Below, piece by piece: positions 55,998 to 64,000 of a stretch of DNA of 64,000 nucleotides. A program made the position numbers and the translations under genes. The stretch spans positions 40,798,001 through 40,862,000 of the forward strand of contig NC_087437.1 of assembly GCF_036321535.1 (NCBI RefSeq). Direction: 5' to 3'. This stretch comes from Camelus dromedarius (Eukaryota). The notes under the pieces are model-generated. The model was not told the DNA's origin. It worked only from the letters and a program-made list of their open reading frames with translations, and did no database searches. Each line of letters begins with the position of its first letter. Position 1 is the stretch's first letter.

Positions 55998-56999
55998 TAC
56001 CTTCCAAACATGACACTGCCGATGGTGTCTACACAAGAAAATGTAGCCTATAAAAGCATTTATGTAACCTCAGAGTCCCCTCCAAGCCTGAGACATCCTG
56101 CCTAATCCAGCTACAGGTGAAAAATTCTTGTGGGACCTATCTCAGACTAAGTTTTGTCTTTCCCTCTTCTCTTTAGGGCCTTTACCCAGAAGCCTCTGGG
56201 ATACCTGGTCTTTATCCTGATACCACTGACTTCCACTCTTTCCACTGGTTGTGAGCTGATGCAACTTTACACCATCTGGTCATCAGGCTACATGAGAGGT
56301 GGCAGGTGGCATTCTGCAGTGAGTCTTCAGTTGTTTTTTTTTTTTTCTAGTGCATAGTCCCTCAGTTCTGATTTAGAAAATGTGGAAATATTTGCCCTTA
56401 TCAGTCTGCTGGTATCCTGCCTGCTAAAGCAGTCTAGACCAGAGAAGCTTTGAACTGGATGAATGGGCTGGCTTCCAGACTTAGCTGTTAGCTCTATTTC
56501 CACTACGGTGAAACCGTCCAGGAACTGGATATCCCTTTGGAACAATGAAAGGGATATAACTATTTCCATAGACCTTGAGTTTAGTGTGCAAGATAATTCC
56601 TAGTTATTCTTGATGTGCTTTTATATACTCATGTCTCTTAGGGCATTATTATTCAGAATAGTTACTAGGTGGCAAAAAATCAATGACAATTTGCTGTTTG
56701 GGACATGACTTTGAATCCTGTCGAATTTCTCAGGTGCAAGTTGGGTCATGATCTTAGCCTCCTTCCACTGGCTTTGTGAATCTCCTGTCACAAACTGATC
56801 TATAATCTCTTCTGGGTCTAATTATGCTTGGACTGTAATTTCTAAAGCTTTGGATTTCAGTTAAAACTCTAACGGGAATAAACTTTAGATTTTATGGTTA
56901 GAGCCTTCCTGATTGATTAAATTAGATTGCTCATACGTGCAGAAGATTTTCTTATTTTACTAAATATAAGCCTGGACTTTATACTGAAACTCAGTATTT

Positions 57000-57600
57000 G
57001 CCTCTTCATCTATTCAATAACTCCTTACTGAATGTAGTTCATTCAATAAGCAATGGCTCTGCACTGGGCCCCAAGGGTTAATGTACACTCAGGAAACAGA
57101 GTGAAGACAAAGACATGCTGGCAAATAGTTACAGTTCAATAAGTATTATTACAGTGAAAGACTAGAAACCATGGAAGGATGGAAGAGAGAAGTAGGACTG
57201 CCTGGGTGAGTCATGAAGCACTTGAGCTAAACTTGAAGAATGAGGAGGGATTTTTTCAAGAGGACAAAAGGGGAAGAGCCTTCCAGGCAGAGTGAAGGCT
57301 CAGAGAACATGGCGTTTGGGGAACTGAGAGAACGTCAGTATTGTTGGAGTGCAGGGGGCAAAGGAAGCAGGGGGTGAGGCTGAGAGTGTGCCAGCTGCTG
57401 TTAGAGCTGCTTTAGATTGCTTATCTTGCCTCATTTTGACAACATTGTGAGGGTGGTATCATTAGCCCCATTTAATAGACGAGGAAACCGAGGCTTAGAG
57501 GAGTTACGTAACTTGCTCAAGATGACTGACTTGGTAGATGTTGGAGCTGAGATTTGACCCACTTACAGAAGTGACATTATTAATCGCTAAGCAAAACTGC
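57000..57600 (-). mobile_element. L2 fragment followed by a MIR
   Basis: ctattcaataactccttactga...gagccttccaggcagag; attagccccatttaatagacgaggaaaccgaggcttagaggag. Confidence 0.75.
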
Positions 57601-58199
57601 CTCCCCCATGTTTCTCTTCACAGTCAAGCTCATAGACAAACTTTTTTGGCTTTCAGTCTCACCAGGTAGCTGCCAATGTCCCCGTTTATAATCAAGATAT
57701 TTTTCTGTACGAGGTCAGAGAAGATAGCGGGTGTGTGGAATGCAGCTATTTTACAACATCATCACTCCTTGACTAAAAGGAATGCGGATCAAACCCCATT
57801 CCTCCAAACACAACAGTCGCTGCATGGCAAAGGAATTTCAAGTTCAAATCTGTGGCTCAGTAGTTATCAGATAATCAAATTGTAGCCCCACCAAAACTGG
57901 GGCACATCCTTATAGTAGCTTTAGCAGAGTTTGGGCTATCCAGGGAGTTTTGAAGAGAACCGTTGGAAATTAGAGGGGTGAGTGTGTTTTTAAAAAGCAT
58001 GAGAAAAACAGGTGCCTTTAGCACCCTGACCGCTCTGCTCCTCCTGAGTCTCTTCCTTCTCCGAACACTTTGGCCTGTGCGTGAGGAGCCAGCTGGCCTG
58101 ATGGAAATGCCAGTGAACCTGTAGTCCAAGACCTTAAGTTCAGTCACTTAAGTCACTGTGGGATCTTGGACACAAAACTTTCTCCTTTTTATTTCCTTG

Positions 58200-58445
58200 C
58201 CTACATAGAAGAGTGGTTTAAAGTGTAGGTCTGGGGCCATACTTCCAGAACTCAAATCCTAGCTTTGCCATTCCCAGCTCAGGCAAGACGCTGACCAGCT
58301 TGTGCATCGGTTTTCACATCTGTAATTTAGGAATAGTAATAGTACTGACCTCATGGGATGATTGGGAAGAGAGACTGAGATCATTTGCAGGAGGCCCTTA
58401 GAGTGATGTCTGATGGGGAAGGAACACAATAAATGTTAGCTTGCA
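58200..58445 (+). mobile_element. MIR SINE
   Basis: ctcaaatcctagctttgcca...ggttttcacatctgtaatttaggaatagtaatagtactgacctcatggg. Confidence 0.8.
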
Positions 58446-59059
58446 TTCTTGTTGTTTTCTTCTAGTTCTGGGCATCCTTGCTCCTTTCAAGGCTAAGTCC
58501 TCCTGCCCATAAAAAATCCTTTTTTCTCTTAAAATTTTTTTCCACTTGAGGAAAGCCAATGTGAACTTCTGTGTATTCTAGGACACTTGCTGGCATTGCA
58601 AGTGGCCTTGGCGTAGCACGTTGGGCAGCCGGTGTCCTTCGTTTGCTGCTGCTCCCTGAGACCAACAGGAATCCATTTTGTTCTAGACAAACAATGGTGA
58701 CCTTATTTCCTGTTTGTTCTGTGGTAAGAATTATTGTCTCTTCGCCATAACCAAACATTGTGATCTTTGCATAATGGAAAAACAAATATTGATGAACTTT
58801 TTGTTTGTTTTCCTTAATGAGGGGAAACCTCCTATTTTAGTTGACAAATTCTACTGGAAATAAGTCATACTGCCATGGAAACCATGCCCAATCACCAATG
58901 AAATGTGTTTGCTATATATGTTCTTTAAGTGTGCATGCTTGAAGCATTATGTTTTAGCACATACTTGACTTTCAATTCTGTTTCCATAGTGTTAGACTAG
59001 AGCCCGTCTGCTGACTGCTTCTCCGTTCAGTCTTTTGGGATTCCTTGCTATCTTTGGGA

Positions 59060-59600
59060 TGTTGAGTCATGTAGTGGAAACCACAAAAATCTTGTGATTA
59101 GTTCTGGCTGCGCTACTTCTGTCCATGTGTCCTGGGGTAGGTTTTCCAATCGTTCTGATCCAGTAAAATTATAAATTCTCTGGACTATAAAAATAAAGAT
59201 GAGATCTTATAAGGCTTGGGTGAAAATCAAGTAAGGTGATATGTGCATAGGCATTTAATACATCCTAAAATGCTACACAAAGGTAAAACAGTTTAGCTTT
59301 CAGAAAAGCTACTCACTGCATAAAATACATATCAGAAAAATCTTTGGGGTTCTTATTTTTGCCTTAGACCTTGGTTATGAGATGTATGAGGATGTAGGGG
59401 ATGAATGCAGACCTCCTAGGATGAGCAGCCCAACACCACCCGCTGCCTCTGTAATCTTGGGCAGATGACGTGACCTCTCTAAGCTTCACTTTCTTCATCT
59501 TAAAAATGAAAACAATAAAATTTATATCCAGGGTTACTAAATAGATTAGAAAAAAATTACAAGTTGAACACAGTTCTTGGCAGGTAAAAAGGAACGTAAA
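59060..59600 (+). mobile_element. Two MIR fragments
   Basis: catgtgtcctggggtaggtt; tgtaatcttgggcagatgacgtgacctctctaagcttcactttcttcatcttaaaaatg. Confidence 0.65.
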
Positions 59601-60159
59601 AATGGGATTTGCTACTGGAAATAATGATGCTGTGCCCAAACCAATTAAGCAGTTTCCAAACTGCTCAGCAATTTGGGACTTGATCTACCAAAGGGAATGC
59701 CATTTGTGAACACCTGAAAATTCTTATCCACTCTTCAACAGCGTTCGTTTAGACATAACAAATACTCATGAATTCTGCAACAAACATTTATTGAGCGTCT
59801 ACTAAATGCATGGAAAGATGAATAGAAAGATAAGATTCTTGCTCCTCATAGTGTCATAACCTATGAGAGTAAAACAAGCCTGAGCACAAGTAACTGCAAT
59901 GTCGGTGGTAAACTCATTGCTAAATACTCATATAACAAGTAATCTGGTGAACATTATAATAGCATGACCAAGAATGCAGAGCTGAATCCTTTCAAGAAGA
60001 ATTTCCTGCATAGGGGTCAGTGAAAACTCAGAACAAAAGAAATAGATGCCAAGAGTCATAGATACTAACTCAGCAGTGAGGATTTTTTCTTCCTGGAGTA
60101 GGGCTCTTTGCTTGGTCATCATAGGTAACACCAGTCCAGGCCCTGGGTACCCAAATGGT

Positions 60160-60415
60160 GAGGCAGTGCAGCCCAGCAGACAGAGGACAGTCTGGGCAGT
60201 CGCTCAGACCTTGATTCAAGTGCTAACTCACCTGTTTGCTGGCTGTGTGAACTTTGGAAAGTTGCTTAACCCACTCCAAATCTTAGTATCCTTATTTTAA
60301 AATGGGGGTGATAGTAAGTATTCATAGGATGGTTGTGAGGCTTGAATGAGATAAAATGTGTGAAACAACTGAAACCTCGTATGTTCTTAATACCTGGTGG
60401 TTATTTACTGTTGCT
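60160..60415 (+). mobile_element. MIR SINE
   Basis: gctggctgtgtgaactttggaaagttgcttaacc...ttttaaaatgggggtgatagta...ggatggttgtgaggcttgaatgagata. Confidence 0.82.
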
Positions 60416-61449
60416 GTTGAAATTGACCCATCTCACAGACCTTGACAGAGACTGCTCTGTGAATTGCTTGTTCTGGGAGGGAAGGGAGTCCAGGACAGGG
60501 TGAGCAACCTTGAGTCCACACCAGTGACTTCTGTCTAAGGGCATTTCATGGAGCTGGGAATTAAACTGTCTGTGGTGACTTCATAGAACAGCAGGTGGTC
60601 CCACCTCCTACAGCTATGCCTTGGGAACATCTGGTCAACTAGAACTGAACAGTGGACCTCATCAACCCACCTGTGTCATGGAGAGCTCTTGCCCCATCTT
60701 GTTCTGACTTCCTGTCCTTTGCCTTTTCATCTTAGGCACACAACCCTCTGGGTGCCTGCCAAGAGTTTGAGGAGCTCATAGCAACAACATAATCTGAAAT
60801 AATAACCCAGAATATTCCAGCCATAAGCTTCTGCCCACAGCGGAAATCTTACTTTCAGGTACAACACACTGAAAGTCGTGCCTCCATTTCTTTTTATACT
60901 AGATAACTTCCTTTTTCATTATTGTCTGTTGAATGAAATGAAAGGAAAAATCAGTTAAATTATGTCTTTGATACCTCCTAAAAAAATGAAATCCTTTTAG
61001 TACTTTAGGGCCAAATAAACCACCATCACCACCAACAGCAACAACAATAAAAGAACGGAAAAAATCAAGTAAGAGCTTTGGACTCAGTAGCCACAGTCAG
61101 ATGTGCCGGAGGCTGGATGATACAGTGAGAAATGAATGCAGGATATAACCAGCGTAGTGTGACTTTTCTGTGTGATATGTGCCAGGCCCTGGAGAGCTGA
61201 TAAGGATGAGACCCCATGAAAGCCTTGGGTACAAGAGGCAGCAAGCTAGGGGCTGGTATCTCCCACTATACAGGCAGCACTAACTTCCACACCTCAGACA
61301 CCAGGGAGCTACATCCACTCATTTATGTGTATCTTTGATATATAGTTTGCTGTCTGTTAAAGAATGCTTTCTCCAAATAATAGTCATCTTTCTTATCCAG
61401 TCTTCTACTCCCATTCCAACCTTTATGGACTGGCCTAGCTGCGAATAAG

Positions 61450-61650
61450 AAAGACCTGGTTTTATATTCTGGCTCTGCCAGTTGATGACCTATAGTCACG
61501 GGCAAGTTCTTTAACCATCTGGCCTTAGTTTTCTTATCTGTAAAAGCAACATATACTTCAAAGAGTTTTTCTAAGCATTAAGTGACCTGACACAAAGGAG
61601 GTGTCTAGAATACCCAAACAAGGAGATGCTCAGTAACTTAATTTTCTTCC
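61450..61650 (+). mobile_element. MIR SINE
   Basis: tctggctctgccag...gggcaagttctttaaccatctggccttagttttcttatctgtaaaa. Confidence 0.75.
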
Positions 61651-61944
61651 CACCTCTCCCATAGCAAACCAGGTGGAATGACCCTTAACTTCACCTATAA
61701 ATTGGTAATAATCCTATTTTGTTGATTCTAAGATAACTTTTGTCATGTAAACATCTTACAATTGGAGTCTTCATGGTAGAGGGCGGTTGTGACATGGCCA
61801 TTACGGCCTTTGAGTGTGTGAACTTATTGTTATTGTGGTGCCGTGACTGGATGACTCCTTCTGACCCTTTGAGAACAATCAGAGGAAGAGTTGTGAGTCC
61901 TTGTTGGGGACAGAAAATTTTCCACAACTTCAAATAGCATAAAA

Positions 61945-62404
61945 CCAGTGTCCTAGAATCAAAACTGAAAAATGAGTATCAGCAGCATGAAAGAAAATCT
62001 CAGAGACAGTAGTGGAGCACCTTTTAAAGAACAGCAGAATCACCAATGTGCTTGATGGACTGGAGGACGGTATCAAGGTGCAAAAACACAAGCTTTCTTG
62101 GACAACTCAACGGAAAAGTAATCCAGAAGAGTCAGACTCCAATAGGGAAGAGGTTTTCAGAACACCTTAATTAATTTATTTTGCTATTACTTTCCTTTCA
62201 GTGTATATACAAAAATGGTATGTAACAAAAAGCTATATCTGTATGAGTCTAAGAATGCTCTTTTGATATGTGCACAATAAAAAGCTTAGTGATAAGAGGG
62301 CATTGTGTCAGAATTTAACTGGCAATATTTGTTCAATTTTAGTGGTACATAAAGTAACGATTCAGTTTACAACTAGTGGCATCTTAGAGTCAATGAACTA
62401 AGGT
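61945..62404 (+). mobile_element. TcMar-Tc2 (Kanga-like) DNA transposon 3' part with transposase remnant
   Basis: From 61982 translates AA*KKISETVVEHLLKNSRITNVLDGLEDGI (pogo/Tc2 transposase C-terminal motif); ends ggcatcttagagtcaatgaactaaggta, like a Tc2 TIR. Confidence 0.7.
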
Positions 62405-62886
62405 AAAAACACTGCCTGGTTTGCTACAAGAAATAAATGAGACAGTATGTGGGAGAATACCTGGCATGCAACAGTCATCCAGGATATGCTGAGTCTTACT
62501 CTGAATTGGCAGTCAGAGACTCTTAGAGTTAGAAGTGACGGCAAAGGCCATTCTCCTGGAATGGTTATTTTCTTTGGCCAGTTACACTGGTGCCAAGTGC
62601 ATCCACAGACCACTTGGAGGAGTTTCTCAAATGTAAATATCACATGACATCAATCCCCTGGCCACATGTGCCTGGGACAGAGCCTGGAGCAGCTGCTTAA
62701 CCAGAACAGCCATCTCTGTGCTAGTGCTGACCTGGCACTGGAGCTTGGTCTGACAGATGTGCTCTATGGGGTGGCCACTGACTCTCTAGAAGAACAGACT
62801 CAGCCAACAGTAGAGTGGAGAGGAATCCAGGGGACCCACCAGACAGTAGAAGCCTTGAACAAGAAGAACTGCAAAGAAGCAGAGCC

Positions 62887-63797
62887 CAATAGAGACCTGA
62901 ATAGACATTTTTCCAAAGGAGGCATTCAGATGGCCACCAGCAGACACATGAAAAGATCACTAATCATCAGATGAATTCAAATCAAAACCACAATGAGATA
63001 TCACCTCATACATGTCAAAATGGCTATCATCAAAAAGACCACAAAATAACAAATGTTGGAGAGGATGTGGAGAAAAAGGAACCCTTGTATACTGTTAGTG
63101 GGAATGTAAATTGCTGCAGCCACTATCAAAAACAGTATGGAGGTTCCTTAAAAAACTAAAAATAGAACTACCATATAATCCAGCAATCCCACTCCTGGGT
63201 ATATATCCAAAGCAAATGAAAACACTAATTTGAAAAGACACATGCACCCCAATGTTCACAGCAGCACTATTTGCAGTATCTAAGATACAGAAGCAACTCA
63301 AGAGTCCATCAACAGATGAGTGGATAAAGAAGATGTGGTACATGTATGCAATGGAATATTACTCAGCCATAAAAAGAATGAACTTTTGTTCATTTGCAAC
63401 AGCATGGATGGACCTAGAGGGTATTACGTTTAGTGAAATAAGTCAGAGAAAGAAAAATATTGTATGTTATCAGTTATATGTGGAATCTAAAAAGTAAAAC
63501 AAACAAATTAATATAATGAAATAGAAACAGACTCACAAACATAGAGAACAAACAAGTGATTACCAGTGGGGAGAGGGGAGAAGGGAGGGGCAAAATAGGG
63601 CAGGGGGATTAAGAGGTGCAAAGTATTATGTATAAAATAAATAAGCTACAAGGATATTTTGTACAGCACAGGGACTATAGCCAGTATTTTATAATAACTT
63701 GTGAAGTATAATCTATTAAAAAATTTGAATCATATTGTACACCTAAAAAACAATATAATATTGTAAATCAACTATGCTTCAATAAAAACAAATTTAA
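62887..63797 (+). mobile_element. 5'-truncated LINE-1 (ORF2 end plus 3'UTR)
   Basis: agacctgaatagacatttttccaaag...caactatgcttcaataaaaa; TSD aaagaagcagagcc (62873-62886) and aaagaagcaaagcc (63798-63811). Confidence 0.93.
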
Positions 63798-64000
63798 AAA
63801 GAAGCAAAGCCAAAGAAACAAAGTATCAGAGGAATAAGAAAAACAGGAAGAGAAAGAAACAGAGATGGAGGCGATCTGAAAAAGCTGGGTTCACTCCAAT
63901 CCAATCTAGAGCTGGGATTCAGTGTAACCCATTTCTCAATTTCCCATTACTTACAAGATTTTTTTTACAAGGAATAAAGATACTTTTTAGCTGGTTCTTT

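Noticed and set aside
58560..58680. Minus-strand CPTCYAKATC resembling an EGF-domain start
   Set aside because: The remaining EGF cysteines are missing and the frame has an upstream stop; not enough to call

Overview
Repeat-rich, CpG-depleted eutherian genomic DNA. It is most likely camelid: it carries a tRNA-Ala-derived vic-1-type SINE, and I saw no Alu, Bov-A/BovB, PRE-1 or Can-SINE. I cannot recognise an intact protein-coding gene. The listed ORFs are chance frames or decayed LINE-1 ORF2 pieces. A large part of the window is ancient and lineage-specific transposons (L1, L2, MIR, MLT1, LTR16/LTR33/MER21, MER5/MER20/MER33, a Tc2/Kanga-like element). The first ~15 kb holds repeat-free, TAAT-rich blocks that resemble conserved non-coding elements. 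From ~60.8 kb down to ~31.5 kb on the minus strand there is a series of exon-like segments ending in a well-formed, open, terminal-exon-like unit. This may be an unidentified decayed (unitary pseudo)gene, but it is only a hypothesis. Several insertion or repair signatures are visible directly in the sequence: a twin-primed L1, a micro 3' transduction, a templated hairpin inside an L1, a solo LTR with a 4-bp TSD and a probable ~270-bp inversion splitting a MER20. Repeat subfamily names are from recalled consensus sequences, and boundaries of old repeats are approximate.
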